64,000 nt of DNA, from assembly GCA_963769025.1 (NCBI GenBank), contig CAVYKI010000009.1:736001-800000 (forward strand), given 5' to 3'. The translations under genes were made by a program, and so were the position numbers. Numbering within the stretch: the first letter of the stretch is position 1; the number at the start of each line of letters is the position of its first letter. Under the pieces are notes generated by a model. The model saw only the letters and a list, made by a program, of their open reading frames with translations, was not told where the DNA came from and made no database searches. Positions 30,270 through 38,415 of the stretch are shown piece after piece. The DNA comes from an uncultured Verrucomicrobiae bacterium. Lineage in GTDB: Bacteria; Verrucomicrobiota; Verrucomicrobiia; Chthoniobacterales; Chthoniobacteraceae.

Positions 30270-31475
30270 TCAGAACGGCATCCAGCCGAGCGTGAACACG
30301 CGGTCGAGAAACCATGCGAGGCCGAGGAGCGCGACAATCACGCTGATCGCCATCTTTGCTCGCGGACCATGCTTCCATCTGGCGAGCACGAGCGAGAGCG
30401 GCAGGAGCGCAAGGACCACTGCGAGCTGTCCGGCTTCGACACCGAGATTGAAAACGAGCAGGCACTTCGCCTTCGCCTGCGCGGGAAGCTCTTGCGGATC
30501 GAGCGTGTTCGCAAAACCGAAGCCGTGGATGAGCCCGAAGAAAAAAGTGAACAGCCAGCGATGCGCGAAATCGCTGCGCCAGAGATTTTCGACGGCGACG
30601 TAGATGATCGTCAGCGCGATGGCGCATTCGATGAAACGCGAGGGAAGCGTGATGACTCCGAATGCCGCGAGCAGGAGCGTGATGCTGTGCGCGATGGTGA
30701 ACGAGGTGACTATCGCGATGAGCGGGCGCAACCGGCTCACGACGAGCAATGCGAGGAGAAAGCACAGGTGATCGTAGCCGGTGAGGATGTGTTCGACGCC
30801 GAGCTTGAAGAAGCGCCACGTGGGCGAGTCGTCTGCGTTCGAGCGATGCCCGGAGGGTCCGGGAGATCCCGGTGGTTGCGGGCCGGCGTAGGCGACATCG
30901 AAAAGGAAGTCCGGCTCGGCAAGGGTGAAGACGACCTCGGTGGAGTGGCCGCGATATTCAAAGACGCCGATCACGCTGTGCCGCTCGCCGAGCGTGCCGA
31001 AGACGTCGAACAACAATGCCACGCTCTTCGGTGGCGAACGGAGCGCCTTGTCGAAGCCAAAGGAGATGAGCGATTCATTCGTGTGCCAGGCGCTGGCGGG
31101 AATCGGATCGGGCGCGTCGAGCGGCCAGAAGGGATCCTTCGCCTCGCCGAGATCGGAAGCACCTTCATCGATCTCGATGCCAACGTGCACGCGGAAAAAC
31201 CCCTGAATCGCCGGCGTCGCGCGGCGCAATTCCTCGCGACTGAGCGCAGAGTCGCCGTCCGCATCGAGGCCGGGAACGATCCGGTTCAGGCTGAATACGT
31301 CGCAGGTGAGGCGGATTTCGATTCGGTCGGCGAAAATGCGCACCCGCGCATAGCCGGTGTCCGCCGTGTGCGCGCTCGCTTCGGCGACGAGAAGCAGCGC
31401 CGCGAGGCACAGGAAGGCCCCGCAGGCGAAAAGCGTGGACGGAAAACGGTGAGGGGCCTTGCGACTCGGAATCAT
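30270..31475 (-). CDS. HupE/UreJ-2 family membrane protein with periplasmic N-terminal domain
   Basis: Signal peptide ending ASA-H, LGVEHILTGYDHL, SFTIAHSITL, GLIHGFGFA and FNLGVEAGQL motifs. Start uncertain. Confidence 0.88.
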   Translation of the reverse strand: MIPSRKAPHRFPSTLFACGAFLCLAALLLVAEASAHTADTGYARVRIFADRIEIRLTCDVFSLNRIVPGLDADGDSALSREELRRATPAIQGFFRVHVGIEIDEGASDLGEAKDPFWPLDAPDPIPASAWHTNESLISFGFDKALRSPPKSVALLFDVFGTLGERHSVIGVFEYRGHSTEVVFTLAEPDFLFDVAYAGPQPPGSPGPSGHRSNADDSPTWRFFKLGVEHILTGYDHLCFLLALLVVSRLRPLIAIVTSFTIAHSITLLLAAFGVITLPSRFIECAIALTIIYVAVENLWRSDFAHRWLFTFFFGLIHGFGFANTLDPQELPAQAKAKCLLVFNLGVEAGQLAVVLALLPLSLVLARWKHGPRAKMAISVIVALLGLAWFLDRVFTLGWMPF

Positions 31476-31566
31476 TGCGATGGCTTGTAAGCGCTCGGCA
31501 CGAGTGAAGAAAGCGCGATGCGTTCTTCGCTGGCACACAGCCCGGGCCGGTGGCAGACATCCGCCG

Positions 31567-32982
31567 ATGAAAACATTGCTCACCGCCATCCTCCTTTCCG
31601 TCTCGCTGCCTGTGCTCGCGGGCGACGCAAACTGGCCGCGCTTTCGCGGACCCGCGGGCTCGGGAATCGCGGAAAAGGCCAGGCCTCCGGTTGAATTCGG
31701 ACCGGAGAAGAATGTGCTCTGGAAGGTGAAGACACCTTCGGGACCGTCTTCACCATGCGTGTGGGGAACGCGCATTTTCCTCACGGCTTTCGACAGCGGC
31801 AGACTGTGGACGCTTTGCCTCGACCGCGCCACTGGCAAGGAGCTGTGGCGGCGGGATGCGGGTGCGGAAAAGATCGAGGCGTTCCTCGCCGGCCAGGGCA
31901 GCCCGGCTGCCTCCTCGCCGGCGACAGACGGCGAACGGGTCATCACGTATTTTGGATCGTGCGGACTGATCGCCTACGACTTCGAGGGCAAGGAACTGTG
32001 GCGCCACGCTCTGCCGGTCGCGGAGACGAACAACGACTTTGGCAGCGGCACGTCGCCGATCCTCGCGGATGGGCTTGTGATCCTCGTGCGGGATCTGAAG
32101 ACCGACTCCGCCCTGCTCGCCGTGGACGCGGCGACGGGGAAGCAGGTGTGGAAGACCGCGCGGCCCGCAATGGCGACGGGCTACTCGACGCCGGTGATCT
32201 GGGAACACGATGGCGTGAAGGAGATCATCGCCCCCGGCGGCCTGGCGATGAAGGCTTACGACCTCTCCAGCGGCGCAGAGCGCTGGGTCGTCCGCGAACT
32301 TCCCGCGGTCAACTGCAGTTCACCGGTCATGGGCGACGGGCTGCTGTTTTTTGCGGGCTGGTCGCCCGCCGGGTCCGATGCGCCGATGCCTGGCTTTGAT
32401 GATCTGCTGAAAGCCGACGCAAACAGTGACGGGAAGATCTCGAAGGACGAATCGGAGCACTCGATGCTGAAGGGGTTCTTCACGCCGAACGACACGGACA
32501 AGGATGGCTTCATCACGCGCACCGAATGGGAGGCTTTGATCGGCTATCTCCAGAAAGGAAAGAACCGTCTCGTCGCGGTGAAACCGGGCGGGAGCGGTGA
32601 CATCACGGAAACGCACGTCGCGTGGGAAAAGAAAAAAGGGCTGCCCTATGTGCCGAGCGCTCTGCTGTACCGCGGGCGCCTCTTCCTGGTGAAGGACGGC
32701 GGACTCGCCTCGTGCTACGATTCCGCGACTGGCGCGGCGAAATACGAACAGCAGCGCCTCGGGCTGGAGGGCTCGTTCTACGCATCGCCGGTGGCGGCAG
32801 ATGGTCGCATCTACCTCGTCAATCTCAACGGAAAGGCAGCGACACTCGCCGCCGGAGACACGCCGGAGGTGCTGTGGCGCGCAGACTTTGGCGAACCGGT
32901 CGCGGCCACGCCGGCCATCGTCGGCGACACGCTGTACGTGCGCACGCAGACGAAGCTGTTCGCTTTCCGGCAGGCAAAGTAG
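31567..32982 (+). CDS. PQQ-binding-like (BamB-type) beta-propeller protein with an EF-hand pair
   Basis: NWPRFRGP, SSPATDGE, YSTP and FYASPV motifs; insert DANSDGKISKDE / DTDKDGFITRTE. Confidence 0.9.
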   Translation: MKTLLTAILLSVSLPVLAGDANWPRFRGPAGSGIAEKARPPVEFGPEKNVLWKVKTPSGPSSPCVWGTRIFLTAFDSGRLWTLCLDRATGKELWRRDAGAEKIEAFLAGQGSPAASSPATDGERVITYFGSCGLIAYDFEGKELWRHALPVAETNNDFGSGTSPILADGLVILVRDLKTDSALLAVDAATGKQVWKTARPAMATGYSTPVIWEHDGVKEIIAPGGLAMKAYDLSSGAERWVVRELPAVNCSSPVMGDGLLFFAGWSPAGSDAPMPGFDDLLKADANSDGKISKDESEHSMLKGFFTPNDTDKDGFITRTEWEALIGYLQKGKNRLVAVKPGGSGDITETHVAWEKKKGLPYVPSALLYRGRLFLVKDGGLASCYDSATGAAKYEQQRLGLEGSFYASPVAADGRIYLVNLNGKAATLAAGDTPEVLWRADFGEPVAATPAIVGDTLYVRTQTKLFAFRQAK

Positions 32983-33051
32983 CCGCGAAGCATCCCAGCT
33001 TGGGGCTGGAATCCCATGCGGCGGCTGACACGCTGTCGGAACTTCCCCACC

Positions 33052-34473
33052 ATGCAACACCGTCTCCTCTCCCTGCTGCTTCTCGCATTTCTCGCCGCGC
33101 AAAGTCCGGCTGCCGAAACGCAGAAGCCGAACGTCCTGTTCATCTCCATCGACGATCTCCGCGATTGGGTCGGGTACCTCGGCCGCAACCCTCAGACCAA
33201 GACTCCGAACATTGATCGCCTCGCGAAGATGGGCGTGAGCTTCACGCGGAGCTACTGCGCCGCGCCGGTGTGCAATCCTTCGCGCGCGGCGCTCATGTCC
33301 GGCATGCGTCCGTTCACCAGCGGCGTGTACAATAACAATAACGACTGGCGCACCGTCATTCCCGAGGACAGGCCGCTCACCTCCACGTTTCGCAGGGCGG
33401 GCTACTTCGTCGCGGGCGCAGGAAAGATCTACCACGAGTCCTACAAACGCCGCAGCGAGTGGGACGATTACCTCGAAGGCGAAGGCGGCAAGGGCAAACA
33501 GCGGCTTGCCGAGCGCGCGAAGGATGACGGCGTGGGCGGGATCAAATTTGCGCCGCTCGACTGCGAGGATGACGCACTGCCGGACTACGCCATCACCGAC
33601 TACGGCATCGCGCAGCTCCGGAAGAAGCACGACAAGCCGTTCTTTCTCGCTGTCGGCCTGCACAAGCCGCACATGCCCTGGAATGTCCCGCAGAAATACT
33701 ACGACATGTTCCCGCTGGAGGGCATCCAGCTCCCGCCGGTGAAAGTGGACGACCTCGCGGACATCCCGCCGGCAGGTGTCGGCATGGCGAGACCGCAGGG
33801 CGACCACGCCGCGATGGTGAAATCGGGCCGGTGGAAGGAAGCCGTCCAGGCGTACCTCGCGACGATCGCCTACACGGATATGAACATCGGGCGACTGCTC
33901 GATGCGCTCGACAAAAGCGCCTACCGCGACAACACGATCATCTGCTTCTGGTCCGACCACGGCTGGCACCTCGGCGAAAAGGAACACTGGCGGAAATTCG
34001 CGCTGTGGGAGGAGGCGACGCGCTCGCCGCTCATCTGGGTCGTGCCCGGGGTGACAAAGGCTGGCGGCTCGTGCGAGCGCCCGGTGGATTTCATGTCCAT
34101 CTATCCCACGCTGTGCGATCTCGCCGGCATCGCGGTGCCGAAGCATGTGGAAGGGCAGAGCATCAAGGCACTCCTCGCGGATCCGAAGGCGCCGTGGACC
34201 ATGCCTGCGATCACGACCCACCAGTTCAACAACCACGCCGTCCGCAACGAGACCACGCGCTACATCCGCTACGCCAATGGCGACGAGGAACTTTACGACA
34301 ATGCCAATGATGTCAACGAGTGGACCAACCTCGCCGGCGACGCGAAGTGGGCCGCGCAGAAGGCCGAACTCGCGAAATTCCTCCCAAAGGAAAACCACAC
34401 CGACATAGGCGGCTCCGGCGGCGCGGAGGGCAAGACCGCCAACCCGCCGAAGAAAAAGAAGAACAAGCAATAG
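33052..34473 (+). CDS. Sulfatase (formylglycine-dependent; choline/iduronate sulfatase-like)
   Basis: PNVLFISIDDL, CNPSR, GKIYH, KPHMPW and SDHGWHLGEK motifs. Confidence 0.95.
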   Translation: MQHRLLSLLLLAFLAAQSPAAETQKPNVLFISIDDLRDWVGYLGRNPQTKTPNIDRLAKMGVSFTRSYCAAPVCNPSRAALMSGMRPFTSGVYNNNNDWRTVIPEDRPLTSTFRRAGYFVAGAGKIYHESYKRRSEWDDYLEGEGGKGKQRLAERAKDDGVGGIKFAPLDCEDDALPDYAITDYGIAQLRKKHDKPFFLAVGLHKPHMPWNVPQKYYDMFPLEGIQLPPVKVDDLADIPPAGVGMARPQGDHAAMVKSGRWKEAVQAYLATIAYTDMNIGRLLDALDKSAYRDNTIICFWSDHGWHLGEKEHWRKFALWEEATRSPLIWVVPGVTKAGGSCERPVDFMSIYPTLCDLAGIAVPKHVEGQSIKALLADPKAPWTMPAITTHQFNNHAVRNETTRYIRYANGDEELYDNANDVNEWTNLAGDAKWAAQKAELAKFLPKENHTDIGGSGGAEGKTANPPKKKKNKQ

Positions 34474-34513
34474 CCGCAGCCGGCTGGAAGCGCGGCTGGA
34501 CACGCCATCATTC

Positions 34514-36205
34514 CTACGAGGCCCGCCGCAGTGTCATCGTGACTTTGAGGCCCGATGGTTTCGCGTTTTTCACCTCGACGCTGCCGCCGCAGGCTTCGAC
34601 GCAGGTTTTGACGATGGCGAGTCCCAGTCCGCTGCCCCCGCTCTCCCGGGTGCGCGCAGAACCGGGGCGGTAGAAGGGGTCGAAGAGCCGGTGAAGGGTT
34701 TCCTGCGGGACGCCCGGGCCGCGGTCTGATATCGAAAGAATCACGTCACCATCCCGGGTGGAGGCGGCGATCACGATCGGACCCGCATTTCCCGCATAGC
34801 GGACGGCGTTGCGCAGCACGTTCGCGATGGCACGGGAGAGCAATTCTGAGTCCGCGACGACTTTCAGATTGGGATGCACATCCAGCGCGACGCCCGCATG
34901 CTCCGGTGCCTCACGCGCGATGACGCGCGCGCATACGTCTGCGAGATCGATGGGCCGCAGGTCGATTTCCTTCGAGCGCAGTCCGGCTTTTGTGAACGAG
35001 AGCAGTTCGTTCACCAGCGAGGACATTTGCCGCACTTCCTCGCGCACGTCGTTCACGTAGCCCTGCTGCTTTTCGCCAGCCTGTTGTTCGAGCACTCCGA
35101 GCGCCATTTCCATCCGCGCGAGCGGTGAACACAGCTCGTGGGCGATGTCGCCGAGGAAGCGCTTCTGGCCGGTGACGTATTCGCCGAGCCGGCCAGCCAT
35201 ATGGTTGAGCGATTCGCCGAGCCGTCCCAGTTCGTCCCGTCGTGCGGTATCCACGCGCATTCCGAACTGTCCCTGCGCCATCTGCCCCGCGGCTCCGGTC
35301 ATCTGCCGGATGCTGCGCGTGATGCCGCCCACCAGCGGCACCCAGAGCAGCACCGAGACCGCCAGCACACCTGCGCCGACCCAGAGCCACGGCACGACAT
35401 CGACCAACAGGCCGCCGCTCCCGAGCGCAGGCAGCACCATGAGCAGCGAGCCCGGGCCTCGTCTTCCGTCGTCATCCGGCATCGGCACACGGACGCCGAT
35501 CCAATACATCGGCGGCTTTCCGTCGCGGAGGATGAACTTCGGGAAATACGGCGCACCCCCTCCCGGTCCTGGAGGCTGCGGGCCCTCACGCGTACGCCAT
35601 TCCGGAGGAGGCCCGACTTCACGACCGGGCGCCCCATCATCGAGAGGAGGGGGAACGTCTCTGAGTCTCACGGGTGGGAGCGCGACCGAGCCCTGCGGGT
35701 GAGCATCGGGCCGGTTAGGCGCACCGGGAGCGTCGGGAGGCGGTCCCTCTTGAAAATCTGCATCTGGCTGCAATGGAGGCCGCGGAGGTCGCCCGCGTCC
35801 CGCGTCACCTTCCGCGAGTTTCAAAAGGACCCGCTCAGGTGGGTCGAGAATCGATCCCGCGAGTCGCGTGCCGTCGTTGCGGACCGCTGCGAGTTGCACC
35901 TGGTACGCATCGGCAAAGCGCTTGAGGACACCCGGCCAATCTGCGCGGCGATGAGCGTTCAATTCGGCAAGGACGACCTCGCTCATCGCCTGGAGCCGTT
36001 CGCCGGACCGCCCGGAAAGCAGGGAATCGAGCCCGAGGTGAAACTGCCCTTGCAGGAAGAACACGCCGAAGCCCCCGAGGAGAACGAGGTTCAGGACAAA
36101 GCATGCGAAGATCTTCGCGGGAAGAGGAATGGAGGTCCGCGACTTCCGTGGCGGCGAAGACGCCTGTGCTGAGCCGGTTTTCATGTCGGTGTCAGCGTGC
36201 GCCAT
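34514..36205 (-). CDS. HAMP-domain sensor histidine kinase with Pro-rich periplasmic region
   Basis: Two TM helices, HAMP (RRDELGRL), DIAHELCSPL, NVLRNAVRY, DRGPG and GSGLGL motifs. Confidence 0.95.
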   Translation of the reverse strand: MAHADTDMKTGSAQASSPPRKSRTSIPLPAKIFACFVLNLVLLGGFGVFFLQGQFHLGLDSLLSGRSGERLQAMSEVVLAELNAHRRADWPGVLKRFADAYQVQLAAVRNDGTRLAGSILDPPERVLLKLAEGDAGRGRPPRPPLQPDADFQEGPPPDAPGAPNRPDAHPQGSVALPPVRLRDVPPPLDDGAPGREVGPPPEWRTREGPQPPGPGGGAPYFPKFILRDGKPPMYWIGVRVPMPDDDGRRGPGSLLMVLPALGSGGLLVDVVPWLWVGAGVLAVSVLLWVPLVGGITRSIRQMTGAAGQMAQGQFGMRVDTARRDELGRLGESLNHMAGRLGEYVTGQKRFLGDIAHELCSPLARMEMALGVLEQQAGEKQQGYVNDVREEVRQMSSLVNELLSFTKAGLRSKEIDLRPIDLADVCARVIAREAPEHAGVALDVHPNLKVVADSELLSRAIANVLRNAVRYAGNAGPIVIAASTRDGDVILSISDRGPGVPQETLHRLFDPFYRPGSARTRESGGSGLGLAIVKTCVEACGGSVEVKNAKPSGLKVTMTLRRAS

Positions 36206-36920
36206 CGTCGGGATCCACCATCATGTAACCCGCCGCGCGGACCGTCCGGATGATGTGCGGGTTCTTCGCGTCATCACCGAGTTTCTTCCGCAGGGCGGAA
36301 ATGTGGACGTCGATCGACCGGTCGAACACGTCGTAGTTCCGATCGCGGATGTCCTCGATGAGCGCCTCCCGGCTCTTCACCGTGCCGCTCGCTCGGGCGA
36401 GCGCGAGGAGCAGATCATACTCGACCGGTGTGAGCGCGAGCACTTCATCGCCGACCATCACCGTCCGCGCTCCGGTATTGATGCGAATTCCGCCGATGAC
36501 GAGTTCCGGCTCGCGGTCCGCGCGCTTTGCCACCGTGCGCACACGCCGCGTCACTGCTCGCAGCCGGGCCAGCAGCTCGCGGGTGGAGAAGGTCTTTGGC
36601 AGGTAGTCGTCCGCGCCGATCTCCAATCCGGCGATGCGATCGGCCTCCTCGCCGCGTGCCGTGAGCATCAGCACAGGGACGTCACTTTTCCGCCGGATCG
36701 CCTTCAACACCTCGAAGCCGTCCATCCCCGGCAGCATGAGATCGAGAATCACCGCATGCCACGGACCTGCGAGTGCCTTCTCCACGCCGTCCGGTCCCGT
36801 GTGGACTGCAGTGACGTCGTAGCCCAGCGATGACAGATAGTCGCCGATCAGGCGGCACAGCTTGCGATCGTCATCGATGACGAGAAGTCGCGGATGCTCA
36901 TTCGGTGGAGCCGGGTTCAT
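36192..36920 (-). CDS. OmpR/CpxR-family response regulator
   Basis: VIDDD, LDLMLPGMDG, GADDYLPK, DRSIDVHISALRKKL and IRTVR motifs. Confidence 0.95.
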   Translation of the reverse strand: MNPAPPNEHPRLLVIDDDRKLCRLIGDYLSSLGYDVTAVHTGPDGVEKALAGPWHAVILDLMLPGMDGFEVLKAIRRKSDVPVLMLTARGEEADRIAGLEIGADDYLPKTFSTRELLARLRAVTRRVRTVAKRADREPELVIGGIRINTGARTVMVGDEVLALTPVEYDLLLALARASGTVKSREALIEDIRDRNYDVFDRSIDVHISALRKKLGDDAKNPHIIRTVRAAGYMMVDPDDGAR

Positions 36921-36965
36921 GGCGAATGCCCGGAGCATATCGAAACGCGGCGATTCGGGGAGAAA

Positions 36966-36988
36966 TTTACCTGCTCTTTACACTTTTT
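36966..36988. promoter_or_regulatory. Putative OmpR-family binding box TTTAC-N6-TTTAC
   Basis: TTTACCTGCTCTTTACACTTTTT just upstream of the response regulator; a similar box lies at 41659. Confidence 0.45.
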
Positions 36989-37029
36989 GCGCCCACTGCG
37001 ACGGCTGCCGCGCCCGCGCGCTTGCGCTC

Positions 37030-38415
37030 CTATGCCCCGAGTAAATCGCGAATCCCGCGTGTGAGGAGGTCATCCACCGCGTCCGAGCAATTTGCCACGC
37101 TCACCTCGTAGCCGCCCTTTGGATACTCCTCCTTCACCGGGATGTACCACGGCCCGCCGTCGCCGTACGCCGCTGTCGCGATGAACCGCCCCTTCGCGAG
37201 TTGCTGTGCGCGGAGTTGGTATTCGACGAAGCACTCGGCTGGCAGATGCAGCAGCGAGATGCCATCCACATGCAGCGCACTGAGGACGATCGGCGTGCGG
37301 TTTTCCAACCGCTGCATCCAGCCGAGCGTCATGGCCGGGCGGATGCGGTTGGCCGGGACGTTTTGCTTGTTCGCGACCATCTCGCGCAGCTTTTCCGCGA
37401 TGAACACGGGATTCGTCGGCGGCAAAATATCATGCGTCTTCCACGACACTGCGCTGATCGGCGCGGGCTTCAGCGTTTTCTCCGACGCGACGATGCCATC
37501 GTAAATCCGCTGCGTGAGCCGCACGCGCGCTTCCGGCGTTCCGTCGTTGTATTTTCCCGCAGCGACGTTGCCCGCGCAGCCGGTGAAGTAGATGTGCGTG
37601 CAGCCCGGCTCCTCCTTTTGCCGCTGCTTTCGCGCGAGCCCCACGAAGTCGCTGCTCACGTGTCCCTGCCCATAATGGCTCATCGGGTGCGTCGCGTAGT
37701 AGTGGCAGGCGGCGACCTTCTCCGCGCCGTCGTAGAAGGCGACGGTCTTCAGCATCGGATCGATGAGCCCCTCGGGCATCGCGATGAGTTCCGCGTCCTT
37801 GCACGCACTGCCCCGCATCTTGCGCACCTTGCCATCCGGACCGAGCGCAAGGCGGCGGTTCCCGGCGACCTCCACGACCTTGCCCTCGCCTTGCGCCACA
37901 TGCGTGAGCGCGCGCGCAGCCGGCACCGCCTTCTTCACGCTCTCACGCGCGCGATCGAGGCACGTCCGGAAAAAGTCCACCTCCACCACGCGCAGGCCGG
38001 CCTGCTGTTCGGCAATGAGTTTCTCCGCGTGGAGGCATACGAATGGTGCGTCGTGCTGATGCACACACTGCACCGCCACGCGGTCCGGCGTCGTACCCGC
38101 AGCCTCGGCGAGCGCAGAGCGCCATGCGACATGCGCGTCATTCAGGATGCCCGTCCAGTCCACCGCGCAAATCACGATCGGCTTCCCGGCGCCCAGCACC
38201 ACGAAGCCGATCGCCTCCAACGCGTCGTCGCTGTCCACCATCGGCTTGATCCATCCGCCGCAAAGCGGATGCCCGACGGGCGGCGTGACATCGAACCGGA
38301 ACGGCGCGATGCGCAGCTTTGACGAGTCTGCCGCCGCTCCGGATTGTGCAAGCGTCCCAACTCCGGCGGCTATCGAGGTTCCGAGAAAACGGCGGCGGGT
38401 GATCGTGGTGTTCAT
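37030..38415 (-). CDS. Tat-exported hypothetical protein (neutral ceramidase-like PVC family)
   Basis: TRRRFL leader, DVTPP.GHPLCGGW, CVHQHDAP, YATHPMS and HLPAECFVEYQL motifs; ATG overlaps the upstream stop. Confidence 0.8.
   Translation of the reverse strand: MNTTITRRRFLGTSIAAGVGTLAQSGAAADSSKLRIAPFRFDVTPPVGHPLCGGWIKPMVDSDDALEAIGFVVLGAGKPIVICAVDWTGILNDAHVAWRSALAEAAGTTPDRVAVQCVHQHDAPFVCLHAEKLIAEQQAGLRVVEVDFFRTCLDRARESVKKAVPAARALTHVAQGEGKVVEVAGNRRLALGPDGKVRKMRGSACKDAELIAMPEGLIDPMLKTVAFYDGAEKVAACHYYATHPMSHYGQGHVSSDFVGLARKQRQKEEPGCTHIYFTGCAGNVAAGKYNDGTPEARVRLTQRIYDGIVASEKTLKPAPISAVSWKTHDILPPTNPVFIAEKLREMVANKQNVPANRIRPAMTLGWMQRLENRTPIVLSALHVDGISLLHLPAECFVEYQLRAQQLAKGRFIATAAYGDGGPWYIPVKEEYPKGGYEVSVANCSDAVDDLLTRGIRDLLGA

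Noticed and set aside
32320..34503. Long antisense ORFs (727 aa here; also 42869-44500, 51012-53171, 55893-57341, 16971-18287)
   Set aside because: These are shadow frames of well-supported opposite-strand genes in GC-rich DNA and carry no recognisable motifs.
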